From NCBI GenBank assembly GCA_963555755.3, contig OY820905.2:896001-960000 (forward strand): a DNA stretch of 64,000 nt, written 5' to 3'. Below are positions 19,944-30,039 of this stretch, piece after piece (within the stretch, counting starts at the first letter, position 1; each line of letters starts with the position of its first letter). Made by a program: the position numbers and the translations under genes. Source of the stretch: Nitrospirales bacterium. Lineage in GTDB: Bacteria > Nitrospirota > Nitrospiria > Nitrospirales > UBA8639. The notes under the pieces were generated by a model. That model saw nothing but the letters and a program-made list of their open reading frames with translations, was not told where the DNA came from and did no database searches.

Positions 19944-20446
19944 AGCAATATTCATGCTAGTCCTGTAGCTGAGGACTTTTCCATCATCCATTTTCACCTA
20001 TTGCATTGATTGAAAAGACTATTTCACCATGAGCTACAAACACTTTTCCCAGAGTTATAGTTGAGATTCATTTCAGTTTTGTAAAATTCTCTGACGTTTT
20101 TCATTACACATTCACCCCACAGTCAAGACTTGTACGTACGCATACACGTTCTTACAGATGGCCGGAAAGTGGAAAATCACAAATCCTGTCCTCCATGGAG
20201 GATTGCTGAAACATCGAAGCCAAAACTCGTCCAGGCAGGGATTTGATCTATGGCAAAGTTTTCTAATCGATTGATTCTATGAATGAATTCGTATTTCTAA
20301 CACGAAAACAGGAAAGGTAAACACACCAAGCGATCGAATCCAAAGAACCATAAGTTTTGGAAGTGAAGGAGTGGAAATGGCGAAAAAAATCTATCTCATT
20401 TTGGAACAAAAATCTGCTCAAATCGATTTTGTAAAATTATCCAACA
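19944..20446 (-). promoter_or_regulatory. putative sigma54 promoter (19944-19960) plus TGT-N11-AC(A/G) enhancer-like sites (20080-20096, 20430-20446)
   Basis: CTAGCAT-GAATA-TTGCT (GG to AG variant); TGTAAAATTCTCTGACG and TGTAAAATTATCCAACA. Confidence 0.5.
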
Positions 20447-20779
20447 CAAATCCAGCTAAATATGCATACTTGCCACTAACTGTCGAAAACAAAAAGGGAA
20501 ACCAACCAATACATAATGGGAAAAATTTCTGACACCAACGAACGGGAATGGGAAAAAGGGGATAATCGGATGGCCATCTACACAACAACCCCCTCAAACG
20601 AGGGGGAAAACGATAGGGAGGAACGAGGAAAAGAGGCGAGTCGATCTACTCGTGAACATCCACAGTCAGTTTGGCCAGAAACACCATGGAAGGATCGCGG
20701 CGTCGCCGAACCTCACGAAGCAGCGTCTCAAGTTGAGGAGTAATCGTGCCCTCAAAGCTGATGGCCCAATTGGGGCCCA

Positions 20780-20939
20780 CCGTGATATTCTGGCTTAACC
20801 ACACCGGCATGATTTGGTCCTTGGCGCCATGGATGACATATAAGGGCATCTGCCGAAGGTTACGTAAGAAGGGAAACAACCCATCATCGATGCCACTCGC
20901 CATCGGCGCCACTGCCGCGAAACGCGGGGCATGGTGCAA
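20780..20939 (-). pseudogene. fragment of an alpha/beta-hydrolase (esterase/peptidase-like) truncated by a nested MITE stack
   Basis: HHAPRFAAVAPMASG...NLRQMPLYVIHGAKDQIMPV; no N-terminus. Confidence 0.65.
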
Positions 20940-21335
20940 TAAAAAAATCCGTAGCCACCTCGGTGGTGATGAGGAAATTTTTATTGCGCCAGGTGCGCCA
21001 GGGAGCCTGTCCGAGATTAGGGATCGTTGCGAGGGGGTGCTGGTTTGAGTCAGATGTTTCGATCGTTTGAGACGAATAGTGGTGCCTATTTAACGAAAAC
21101 GGGAAATGTTCAAAAAGGCCATCCAGCAAGGCCGCAGGGGTTTTGGCGCGCGGAGCGTACACGGAGTACGTGAGCACGCCAAAAGCCCGAGAACGCAGTT
21201 GGGGGCCTTTTTCAACATTCCCCGAAAAGGATCGGAAGATCTGGCCACCTCCAGCGCACCTGCAGTAGATCCGTCTAATCTTGGACAGGCTCCTTGAGCT
21301 TGCGCGGACTTTTGTGATCCAACTACCGTTTCTAG
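20939..21335. mobile_element. triple-nested element: family F containing B (21002-21293) containing A (21101-21223)
   Basis: F segments on both sides of B match 47430-47590 and 11110-11231. Confidence 0.8.
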
Positions 21336-21346
21336 GTTAAAAGACC

Positions 21347-23224
21347 ATGCACTTGCCCCTCTTCATACTGACCCTTGCCGCATTGGCGCTGTTCCCGAGT
21401 TACACCAACGCCACGCCCAACAATCAAGCCATTGGAATTCCCGGGGTCCGCGGCGGAGTCGTCACAACGACGGAACCTGCCGCAGCCAGAGTGGGAGCCG
21501 ACATCCTTCAACAAGGAGGAAATGCCATTGATGCCGCTGCTGCCGTGGCCTTTGCACTCAATGTAGTGGAACCGCAGTCCTCCGGCATTGGTGGTGGGGG
21601 CTTCATGATGATCTACTTTGCCCAAACGAAAGATACACTTATCGTCGATTCCCGAGAAACGGCTCCCTCCATGGCCACTCCCGACATGTTTCTCGACACA
21701 GAGGGCAAACCGTTTCCCTATCCTATTCGCTCAACAGGTGGCCTGGCCGTAGGCGTGCCGGGAATGGTTCGCGGAATCGCAATGGCACTGAACAAGTGGG
21801 GAACACTTTCGCTTGCCGAGGTCATAGCACCCGCAACCCAGATGGCTTCGGACGGGATTCGAGTCAGCAAACGACTCGCTGAGGACATTTACCTTGGAAT
21901 CAAAGATGGACGCCTCGCGAATGAACCCGGCAACTCATCGTATCAAGTAGCCCGCAAGGTTTTTGCACCAAATGGAGTTCCACTCAAGCAGGGCAAATTG
22001 CTCGTCCAGCCGGATTTGGCCAAAACATTTCGACTCATCGCCACGCAAGGTCCCAATGCGTTGTATACCGGAAAGATTGCCGAAGCCATTGTCGCCACAC
22101 AACGGCATGCTCGAACAACCACAAACCCGTCTGATCAGAAACAACTACAAGGCCGCATGGCGGCACACGACCTGGCCAACTATCAGCCAGTGATCCGCCA
22201 ACCAGTTGAAGCCACGTATCGAGGGTACCGGATTCTCTCAATGCCCCCACCCTCTTCAGGAGGACTCACTGTCCTGCACATTCTCAAACTCCTTGAACGA
22301 TTTCCCATAGGAGATCGCACTCAGGGCTATGGCTTCGGATCAACTCGAACGCTTCATGTCATGATTGAAGCCATGCGCATAACCTTTGCGGATCGTGCAG
22401 TCTGGATGGGCGATGCGGATGTGGTGGCCATGCCGACGCAGAGCATGCTGAACCAAAACTATATTGATTCCAGATCGGCCTTGATTCATCCCGATACACG
22501 GCGAGAGTTGGTCACCGCAGGGAATCCACAACTTTTTGATACATCCTCTGAAAACCGCTCGGTACTCATTCAGGAGAGCCCCTCTTTCAATGAGGAAGGA
22601 ATTAACACCACCCACTTCACCATCATCGACCAAGCCGGCAACATCGTCACCTATACCAATACCATCGAATCCAAATGGGGCACAGGACTCATGGTCCCTG
22701 GTTTTGGTTTTCTTCTCAACAATGAGCTCACGGACTTTAACGCGGTTCCAGCGTTGAATACCGACTCCAACCATTTCAATCCCGGAGCTAATGATGTCGC
22801 ACCAGGCAAACGACCACGAAGCAGCATGGCCCCCACCATCGTCTTTCACCACAACCAGCCCATCGCCGCCTATGGCTCGCCTGGAGGTTCCACCATCATC
22901 AATTCTGTCGTGAATGTCACTCTCAACTTGATTGATCACCGGATGCCCATTCAAGAAGCCATTGACGCTCCCCGCCTCTCGCAAACCAGCGCGAATGGAA
23001 GCCTCGCCTTAGAAGCACAATTTTCTTCGAACGTGGTCATGCAATTGAAGGCCTTAGGACATCGGCTCAAAGGCGATCCGTCCCAAATGATTGGCGCCGT
23101 TCAAGCCGTCGTAATACATAAATTCAATGGGCACCAATACGGCGCCGCCGACCGACGCCGAAGAGGCAGTGTCATCTCATTACAACAAGACCAATCAGTA
23201 AACAAAATTTTACGAGGGAAGTAG
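21347..23224 (+). CDS. ggt: gamma-glutamyltransferase
   Basis: GGNAIDAA, EPQSSGIGGG, NTTHF catalytic Thr, LNNELTDF, PGKRPRSSM, GSPGG. Confidence 0.95.
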   Translation: MHLPLFILTLAALALFPSYTNATPNNQAIGIPGVRGGVVTTTEPAAARVGADILQQGGNAIDAAAAVAFALNVVEPQSSGIGGGGFMMIYFAQTKDTLIVDSRETAPSMATPDMFLDTEGKPFPYPIRSTGGLAVGVPGMVRGIAMALNKWGTLSLAEVIAPATQMASDGIRVSKRLAEDIYLGIKDGRLANEPGNSSYQVARKVFAPNGVPLKQGKLLVQPDLAKTFRLIATQGPNALYTGKIAEAIVATQRHARTTTNPSDQKQLQGRMAAHDLANYQPVIRQPVEATYRGYRILSMPPPSSGGLTVLHILKLLERFPIGDRTQGYGFGSTRTLHVMIEAMRITFADRAVWMGDADVVAMPTQSMLNQNYIDSRSALIHPDTRRELVTAGNPQLFDTSSENRSVLIQESPSFNEEGINTTHFTIIDQAGNIVTYTNTIESKWGTGLMVPGFGFLLNNELTDFNAVPALNTDSNHFNPGANDVAPGKRPRSSMAPTIVFHHNQPIAAYGSPGGSTIINSVVNVTLNLIDHRMPIQEAIDAPRLSQTSANGSLALEAQFSSNVVMQLKALGHRLKGDPSQMIGAVQAVVIHKFNGHQYGAADRRRRGSVISLQQDQSVNKILRGK

Positions 23225-23331
23225 TTACAAAAACGTTCCTCGATTCTTTTTTTCTATCCTACTGAATGCTCCAAATGGTTGTCGTTACCCGCCAATAATG
23301 ATATCATGATAGCGAATAAGGAGGCATTCTT

Positions 23332-23580
23332 ATGGCACAACTGATTGTCCGGAACCTGGAAGAAGACGTAAAGGCTCGTTTACGGAAACGCGCGTCACGA
23401 CATGGGCGAAGTGTGGAGGAAGAAGTGCGCGATATTCTTCGCAATGCCACAAAAGGAGAGGGCAAACGCAAAGGTGGCTTTGGATCAGCAATGAACCAGC
23501 TATTCCAAGGTATTGGGCTAAAACAAGACATTCCAGAACTTAAAGGCATGTCGCCCAAACCAACTGGATTCGAAAAATGA
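23332..23580 (+). CDS. FitA-like ribbon-helix-helix antitoxin
   Basis: MAQLIVRNLEEDVKARL..RA..HGRSVEEEVRDIL. Confidence 0.9.
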   Translation: MAQLIVRNLEEDVKARLRKRASRHGRSVEEEVRDILRNATKGEGKRKGGFGSAMNQLFQGIGLKQDIPELKGMSPKPTGFEK

Positions 23581-23999
23581 TCATTCTTGACACGAATATC
23601 CTTTCTGCAGTCATGCAAGAAAAGGGAAACCGCACGATCGTAGCATGGCTAGACCGGCAAGCTTGGGAATCAATCTGGATCACGGCCATTACCGTGTTTG
23701 AAATTCGATTAGGGTTGTCGACGCTCACCAAAGGAAAACGGCGAGTAAAGCTTGAAGAGGCATTTCACCAGACCTTGGAAAATCTTCTCGAAGGAAGGAT
23801 ACTACCTTTTGATGAAGATGCAGCACTCGCGGCAGGAGAGTTAGCAGCCGAACGACGCCAACGTGGGATCACGGTAGATATGAGAGATACTCAAATTGCA
23901 GGAATCGCAACCGCAAAACGAAGCACAATCGCCACACGAAACACGAAAGATTTTAAAGAATTAACTGTGCCCGTAATCAACCCATGGGAAGAAAGCTAG
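23577..23999 (+). CDS. vapC: VapC/FitB PIN-domain toxin
   Basis: MIILDTNILS, DTQIAGIA, TRNTKDF; ATGA overlap with the antitoxin. Confidence 0.92.
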   Translation: MIILDTNILSAVMQEKGNRTIVAWLDRQAWESIWITAITVFEIRLGLSTLTKGKRRVKLEEAFHQTLENLLEGRILPFDEDAALAAGELAAERRQRGITVDMRDTQIAGIATAKRSTIATRNTKDFKELTVPVINPWEES

Positions 24000-24039
24000 G
24001 AACCTGGAAACCACATTAACATCCCTCAGAGATTCCAAG

Positions 24040-24180
24040 GTAACTATTCAGGTCACTTCCCTTTTGGCTCAGGACAAGGCGCGAGGAGCGCAGAACCGGA
24101 GCGTATGTGGGAATACGTGAGGATTTGAGCACCACAGCAACGCCGTCATGAGCCAAAAGGGAAGTGACCTGAGTAGTTAC
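24040..24180. mobile_element. Family G palindromic element (141 bp, 36-bp arms)
   Basis: gtaactattcaggtcacttcccttttggctca / tgagccaaaagggaagtgacctgagtagttac around the shared core. Confidence 0.8.
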
Positions 24181-24196
24181 ATTCCGAGAAAGGGAT

Positions 24197-24976
24197 TTGT
24201 TCATAATTATCGCAGACACCGAGACCGTTGATCTTTCCACAGCAACTGGCCCGATGCGTAGCTATATTTTTCGACCAGCAGCTGCTGGTCGATATCCCGG
24301 TCTTGTGTTGTATTCGGAGATCTATCAGGTTACTGGACCTATTCGACGGATCGCAGCCTTCTTTGCTGGTCATGGGTTTGTGGTGCTGGTCCCTGAAATC
24401 TATCATAAGCTGGAGCCACCGGGCACAGTTCTCAACTATAATAAACCCGACACCGACCGTGGCAATCAGCACAAAATTACCAAGATGATTTCAAGCTACG
24501 ATAGTGATTCACGCGCGGCATTGGACTTTCTCAACTCGTTTCAACACTGTACAGGAAAACTTGGAGCCATGGGGATTTGCCTTGGTGGGCATTTAGCATT
24601 TCGCGCGGCGATGAATGCGGATGTGCTCGCCGGGGTATGTTTTTTCGCCACGGATATCCACACCCATAGCTTGGGGAAAGGCAAATGCGACGATACCCTG
24701 GACCGCGTAGGAGAAATTAAAGGCGAACTTCTCATGGGCTGGGGACGCCAAGATCCACATATTCCCCGTGAAGGCCGTGCGGAGATCTACAACGCCCTGA
24801 CTGACCACGAGGTACACTTCCAATGGCATGAGTTCAATAACGCTCATGCGTTTCTCCGAGATGAAGGCTATCGGTATGACCCCGCAACAACACAGATTAG
24901 CTATAGCATGACCTTGGAGTTATTGAAGCGGAAACTAAGCGAGGGAGATGTCCAGAAGGCCTTGCCTTCGGAGTAA
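24197..24976 (+). CDS. dienelactone hydrolase family protein (start codon uncertain)
   Basis: YSEIYQVTGPI, GICLGG nucleophile Cys, QDPH, HAFLRDEG. Confidence 0.9.
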   Translation: MFIIIADTETVDLSTATGPMRSYIFRPAAAGRYPGLVLYSEIYQVTGPIRRIAAFFAGHGFVVLVPEIYHKLEPPGTVLNYNKPDTDRGNQHKITKMISSYDSDSRAALDFLNSFQHCTGKLGAMGICLGGHLAFRAAMNADVLAGVCFFATDIHTHSLGKGKCDDTLDRVGEIKGELLMGWGRQDPHIPREGRAEIYNALTDHEVHFQWHEFNNAHAFLRDEGYRYDPATTQISYSMTLELLKRKLSEGDVQKALPSE

Positions 24977-25071
24977 TAAATGTTAGGGGGGGAAAGAAAA
25001 GAATTCCTCGGGACTTTTAACTCTCAACAAAAGGCCCTTCTTTTCTCTTGTACTTTCCAGATGGTCAACCT

Positions 25072-25401
25072 TTACGGCCAATCATTTCCGTTCTCGTATT
25101 GACTCCAATCCGTACGTTGAAACTCTAGGACAAAGACAGTGACAAACGGCTTGGCTGGTTGTTGTGGAAGCAACACTCGCAATAATTTGGTTTTCGATGG
25201 CTCACGCGTCTGGCGGATATTGTGGACAAAACCTGCATCTTTGGTGAAACAGAGGTCGTAGGCTTGGGCGATTTCCCGATAGAGCGTTCCGTTATCCAAG
25301 CCTTTCAGACGAAGACTGTTGATGGTATCCACATGATGACCAAGCTGCTGAAGAGCCGAGGCCAACGATTCGGGTAGATTCTCATCAAGCAAAATTCTCA
25401 C
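25072..25401 (-). CDS. DUF5615 PIN-like toxin (VapC45-like)
   Basis: MRILLDENLP...LGH...T.D.GF. Confidence 0.85.
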   Translation of the reverse strand: MRILLDENLPESLASALQQLGHHVDTINSLRLKGLDNGTLYREIAQAYDLCFTKDAGFVHNIRQTREPSKTKLLRVLLPQQPAKPFVTVFVLEFQRTDWSQYENGNDWP

Positions 25402-25607
25402 GAGGCTTGTAACAGGTCAGAGTGAGCTAACTCCTCTAACGTTCCACGGATAGCTTCTTCACTCAGGCTGGGGTACTCCTTAACAATCTCCGGAATAGTC
25501 ATTCCACAGGACAAAAGCTCGAGAAGAAAGGCCACGGAGATTCGGGCATCACGAACTCTTGGAGCACCGCCAAGGTGCTCAGGGTCGGCGACGATCCATT
25601 TATCCAT
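25398..25607 (-). CDS. DUF433 antitoxin (VapB45-like)
   Basis: IVADPEHLGGAPRVRDARISV...GMTIPEIVKEYPSL; GGAGG upstream; overlaps the toxin start. Confidence 0.9.
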   Translation of the reverse strand: MDKWIVADPEHLGGAPRVRDARISVAFLLELLSCGMTIPEIVKEYPSLSEEAIRGTLEELAHSDLLQAS

Positions 25608-25881
25608 AGATTTATCCAAGTCACCTACCTCCTTCATCAATGTGATTCCTGGAAAACCACATGACTCAAACCAACAAGACTATTGTAATCCCTTCCTGAT
25701 AATCCCTCAACACAAACCGGAGAAGCCCATGCCTAGGAATAATACTATCTGGCAGTTTTCATTGGACCACGACCAGGGTTAAGCCCACCCAGAAAAAGCT
25801 GAGACTTTGACTCGACCATATGAAAGCGGCGTTGATATTTAGCGGGAATCCAATTTTTAATCGTGTCTGACCCCAATTTAT

Positions 25882-26132
25882 ATCCACAAAGCCCTAACGG
25901 ACCACGGCATACACTTTCAATGGCATGAATTCAATAACGCGCATGCGTTTCTCCGCGATGAAGGCTATCGGTATGATCCCGCAGCAACCCAGATTAGCTA
26001 TAGCATGATCTTGGAGCTGCTAAATCGTAAATTAGGCGAGGGAGACGTCCAGAACAACATGTCTTCGGAGTAATAAAATTAGGGGTACGGAAAAGAAAAT
26101 TACTCTTTGGTGCTCTTGACTCTCAACAAAAG
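25882..26132 (+). pseudogene. diverged duplicate of the 3' end plus 3' flank of the dienelactone hydrolase gene
   Basis: Aligns with 24785-25033; reads IHKALTDHGIHFQWHEFNNAHAFLRDEGYRYDP...SE*. Confidence 0.9.
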
Positions 26133-26159
26133 ATTTGACCCCTTACCTGAGCAAATAAA

Positions 26160-26292
26160 GATCCCCGTGGCAAGAACACGGGGTATTCAGTGGAAAATAG
26201 GGGACCCTAAATCCCCCTGCCCCCCTTTTCCAAAGGGGGAATCTCAATAGTCACCCCGTATCAAGCTATGGGGAATAGCAAGTTTAAATAAA
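26160..26292. repeat. cluster of short hairpin repeats
   Basis: ccccgtggcaagaacacgggg; cccctgcccccttttccaaaggggg; ccccgtatcaagctatgggg. Confidence 0.5.
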
Positions 26293-26428
26293 GGCAATAA
26301 GGAAATAACGAAACCAAAATAGATTTTCAGAAACCGTTTAAACCAGTTCTCCGTGCGGTGAGTAAACTTGGGTCAGAAATTGGGTCTTACAATGACGTAT
26401 TCTATATTTTCGGCTCTTTATTCTATAT

Positions 26429-28060
26429 TCACCCCGGCTTTTCTAACCCCATCTTTTGCATGCGGGAGACCAGAGTCGTGGGTTTAATGTGAAGTAAGGT
26501 CGCGGCACCGTCGTCGCCATAGACTTTCCAGTTGGCCTTTTCCAGGGCCGTTCGGATGTTTTCACGTTCGAAGTCGCGCATTTCATCTTCGGTCATGATT
26601 TCTGTTTGTCCTGGGTTCACGGATTTTTTTCTTTTCAATAAGGAAGGCCGTGCCGACTCTGAAGCAGTGGGCAAGCCAAATTGAAGGGTGCTGCAGCGCG
26701 AGGTGATCACGGCCCGCTCGATGACGTTTTGCAATTCGCGAATATTTCCAGGCCAGTCATATTTTTGCAGGTCGATGACATGGGCCTGAGTAAGCCTTGG
26801 TGGATTGGAACAATTCATTTTCTTGGACGTGAGTTCTAAAAAGTTGGCGGCTAGGAGTGGGATGTCTTCTTTGCGCTCTCTGAGCGGAGCAACTTCAAGG
26901 GGAAACACGTTTATTCGATAATACAGGTCCTGCCGAAACCGTCCGGCTTCGACTTCTTTTTTTAAATCGCGATTTGTTGCGGCAATGACGCGTACATCGA
27001 CTTGTCTGGTTCGTTCATCCCCTACCCGTTCATATTGATTTTCTTGCAGCACGCGCAAGAGTTTACTTTGGAGATCTAAGGGAATCTCGCCCACTTCATC
27101 CAGAAACAACGTGCCGCCATCGGCGACTTCAAACCGGCCTGCCCGATCTTTGAGCGCTCCTGTAAAGGCACCCTTCACATGTCCAAAGAATTCGCTTTCG
27201 TACAATTCCCTTGGGATCGAGGCACAGTTCACCTTCACCAGTGGTTTGTCTTTGCGAAGACTACGCTTGTGAATTTCTCGTACCACTAACTCTTTCCCCG
27301 TTCCGGATTCTCCAAGAATCAGTACACTGGCATCCGTAGGCGCCACTAACTCAATCTGCTGAAGCACCGCACGTAACGCTGGACTCTGTCCGACAATTTC
27401 CCCAAAGGCTTGGGCCTCTAGTACCTCTTCGCGCAGAAAGGTATTTTCTAATTTGAGTTGCTCTTGCAGGTGTTCAATTTCTTCAAACGCATTCGTGTTG
27501 GCAATGGCCACGGCCACATGATCGGCAATCATTCGTAACCAGGTCGGGGCATCTTCCGTCACAGGTTCACGTGTAAAGACTGCCAGGACCCCTAGAATAT
27601 GATCTTGATACATGATTGGTTGTCCGTGAAACCCGTGGATTCCTTCCTGACTTGCCCACCCTGGTCGCGCAATCCAATTCTTGTCATCTTTGATTTCATG
27701 AATGATGACGGGTTCCCCGGTTCCTCCAATGCGCCCCACCTTACAGGAGCCAATAGGAAACCGACGAAAATGCCCATTCAATCCATTCCATTCTTCGTTG
27801 GGATTTACCACTGACTGGCCGGCACTGGCCACCAAGTGCAAACAGGATGTTTGATCCGGACAATCATCCCGCATTCGACAATTCCCACACACATCTCCAG
27901 GTCGTATTAACCAAATCCGAACCAATGCCACTTCTGGCCGCGCGGCCATTCGGTTCACGATGAGTTTCAGCAACTCATCGAGCGTCCGCTGCTGCGCGAT
28001 ATCCAACACCAAGCATTTAAATGACGCGAATTCGGTGGGGCAGATCTTCTCTGTTGCCAT
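26429..28060 (-). CDS. GAF-domain sigma54-dependent (FhlA/NtrC-family) transcriptional activator
   Basis: GESGTGKE, ESEFFGH.KGAFTGA, FLDEVGE, WPGNIRELQN, C-terminal HTH; Cys cluster CGNC...CPDQTSC in the GAF domain. Confidence 0.93.
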   Translation of the reverse strand: MATEKICPTEFASFKCLVLDIAQQRTLDELLKLIVNRMAARPEVALVRIWLIRPGDVCGNCRMRDDCPDQTSCLHLVASAGQSVVNPNEEWNGLNGHFRRFPIGSCKVGRIGGTGEPVIIHEIKDDKNWIARPGWASQEGIHGFHGQPIMYQDHILGVLAVFTREPVTEDAPTWLRMIADHVAVAIANTNAFEEIEHLQEQLKLENTFLREEVLEAQAFGEIVGQSPALRAVLQQIELVAPTDASVLILGESGTGKELVVREIHKRSLRKDKPLVKVNCASIPRELYESEFFGHVKGAFTGALKDRAGRFEVADGGTLFLDEVGEIPLDLQSKLLRVLQENQYERVGDERTRQVDVRVIAATNRDLKKEVEAGRFRQDLYYRINVFPLEVAPLRERKEDIPLLAANFLELTSKKMNCSNPPRLTQAHVIDLQKYDWPGNIRELQNVIERAVITSRCSTLQFGLPTASESARPSLLKRKKSVNPGQTEIMTEDEMRDFERENIRTALEKANWKVYGDDGAATLLHIKPTTLVSRMQKMGLEKPG

Positions 28061-28070
28061 GTTTTTTTCC

Positions 28071-28206
28071 TCCACGAAGTTTCGTGGATTATACCTGATC
28101 ACGTCATAACAACGGAAATTCGTTCTTTTCGCAATCGGCTCACACTAACAATTTATCAATTAATTCAACTGGTTGCAGATGAGTACAGCTTGGCACATTA
28201 ATTGAA
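28071..28206 (+). promoter_or_regulatory. sigma54 promoter (28191-28206) with upstream activator palindromes (28071-28088, ~28111-28124)
   Basis: TGGCAC-ATTAA-TTGAA; TCCACGAAGTTTCGTGGA and AACGGAAATTCGTT; AT-rich IHF-like spacer. Confidence 0.7.
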
Positions 28207-28258
28207 ATGAGAAGTACAAGACAGCAAAACGGTAAACCCAAAACACAAGGAGAATATC

Positions 28259-28804
28259 ATGCAACGTTTACAAGCCATCGATCCTGAAACCGCCACTGGG
28301 CCAGCCAAACAATTGTTGGATGGTGTCCAGAAGAAGCTCGGATTTACCCCCAACATTATGCGGACCATGGCCAACTCGCCAGCGGTGCTTCAGGGCTATC
28401 TCAATTTTTCGAATGCGTTGGGCAAAGGTTCGCTCTCTCCAAAATTACGAGAGCAAATTGCCTTAGTCGTGGCCCAGGACAATCAATGCGAATACTGCCT
28501 TGCAGCGCATTCGGCTATTGGACGCACCGTGGGTCTCAGCGAGGAAGCGATCCGTGATAGTCGTCGAGGAGAATCTCCAGATGGAAAGGAAGCGGCCATT
28601 CTTGAGTTTGCCAGCACATTGGTTGTGAATCGCGGGTGGGTCACGGATGAGGAGATCGCCAAACTTCACAAAGCCGGCGTGACTGAAGGCGAGACTGCCG
28701 AGATTATCGCTAACGTCGGGCTAACCCTGTTCATGAATTATTTCAACCATGTAGCCCAAACAGAAATTGACTTTCCAGTAGTCGAAAAATTAGCCGTCGT
28801 CTAA
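28259..28804 (+). CDS. carboxymuconolactone decarboxylase / AhpD-like peroxidase
   Basis: REQIALVVA..NQCEYCLAAH. Confidence 0.9.
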   Translation: MQRLQAIDPETATGPAKQLLDGVQKKLGFTPNIMRTMANSPAVLQGYLNFSNALGKGSLSPKLREQIALVVAQDNQCEYCLAAHSAIGRTVGLSEEAIRDSRRGESPDGKEAAILEFASTLVVNRGWVTDEEIAKLHKAGVTEGETAEIIANVGLTLFMNYFNHVAQTEIDFPVVEKLAVV

Positions 28805-28833
28805 CACTTCACACAATTATAAGGAGAACAATC

Positions 28834-29934
28834 ATGAGCACAGCAACTTTGCCAGAAACTACCACTGAACAATTTAGCCAGGCTCCACCAACTAAAACCA
28901 TGAAAGCCGCAGTCCTTCGGCAATTTGGAGAGCCCGATGTACTCCAATACGAAGAGATCGACACACCCAAGCCAAAACCTGGAAACATTTTGATTAAGGT
29001 TCTAGCAGCAGGGTTGAACCGCTTAGATCATTACCTTCGCGAAGGGTCCGTGGCTCCAGATTTACCCCTCCCGCATATCCTTGGGGTGGATGCCGTGGGC
29101 GAAGTCGTGGAATTAGGTGAAGGCGTAACGGATGTTCAAATAGGGGAACGCGTGATTCCCGCTGCAGGTTTTACATTACGCGAAGAAGATGATCACAACC
29201 GACCCCTAGCCATCTCACCGAGCTTTGTCGTGCCCGGCGTACATCTTTGGGGATCGTACGCCCAGTATATGGAAGTTCCGGCCCGGTGGGTGGTGAAAGA
29301 TGAGACCGGGTTATCTCCTGAAGAAGTCGCCACCCTGCCCGTTGTCCTTGGAACCTCTGTTCGGGCAATCAAACAAGTAGGCGAAGTTAAAGCCGGAGAC
29401 TACGTATTAATCACGGCCGGGGCATCAGGATCGGGCAGCATGCACATTCAAGTCGCGAAAGCATTGGGCGCCAAGGTTGCCACAACTGTTAGAGATGACG
29501 TGAAAGGTGAATATGTTCAGTCACTTGGGGCAGACCTTGTGATCAACACGCGCAAAGAAGACGTGGTCGCACAAGTGAAAACCTGGACAGGTGGAAAGGG
29601 TGCAGACGTGGCCATCGACAATTTAGGGGGCAGCGAACTGGCACAAACCATTGAGGCAGTCCGCCCCTTCGGCATCATCGTGGCGTACGGTTTTACCGCC
29701 GGAGCTGAGGCCACATTCAACGTCCGGGATTTCTTTTTCACACAGAAACAGCTTCGAGGGACCATCTTCGCCGACCCTGAAGATTTGGAATGGGGTTTGG
29801 AACAGGTTCGGGTCGGGCGGATCAAACCGACGATAGATCGGACCTTCCCACTTAGCCAAGCCGCCGAAGCCCATCGGCTCCTGGCCACCAATCAAGTCAA
29901 AGGCAATTTCGTGTTATTGCCATGGACAATGTAA
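28834..29934 (+). CDS. MDR-family NAD(P)H:quinone oxidoreductase-like protein
   Basis: MKAAVL..FGEPDVL, LPHILGVD.VG, TAGASGSG, IDRTFPL. Confidence 0.9.
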   Translation: MSTATLPETTTEQFSQAPPTKTMKAAVLRQFGEPDVLQYEEIDTPKPKPGNILIKVLAAGLNRLDHYLREGSVAPDLPLPHILGVDAVGEVVELGEGVTDVQIGERVIPAAGFTLREEDDHNRPLAISPSFVVPGVHLWGSYAQYMEVPARWVVKDETGLSPEEVATLPVVLGTSVRAIKQVGEVKAGDYVLITAGASGSGSMHIQVAKALGAKVATTVRDDVKGEYVQSLGADLVINTRKEDVVAQVKTWTGGKGADVAIDNLGGSELAQTIEAVRPFGIIVAYGFTAGAEATFNVRDFFFTQKQLRGTIFADPEDLEWGLEQVRVGRIKPTIDRTFPLSQAAEAHRLLATNQVKGNFVLLPWTM

Positions 29935-29957
29935 CAATTTTGATGACTCCTCTATAC

Positions 29958-29993
29958 CCTCGCCCCTGTGGGGAGAGGGCTAGGGTGAGGGGT
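29958..29993. repeat. REP-like hairpin
   Basis: ccctcgcccctgtggggagagggctagggtgagggg. Confidence 0.55.
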
Positions 29994-30039
29994 TGAATTT
30001 AAATTTCATCCTCGCAAAAACCAAAAGGAAAAAATAACC

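Noticed and set aside
24785..26132. Diversity-generating retroelement TR/VR pair
   Set aside because: Differences are not adenine-specific and no reverse transcriptase is present
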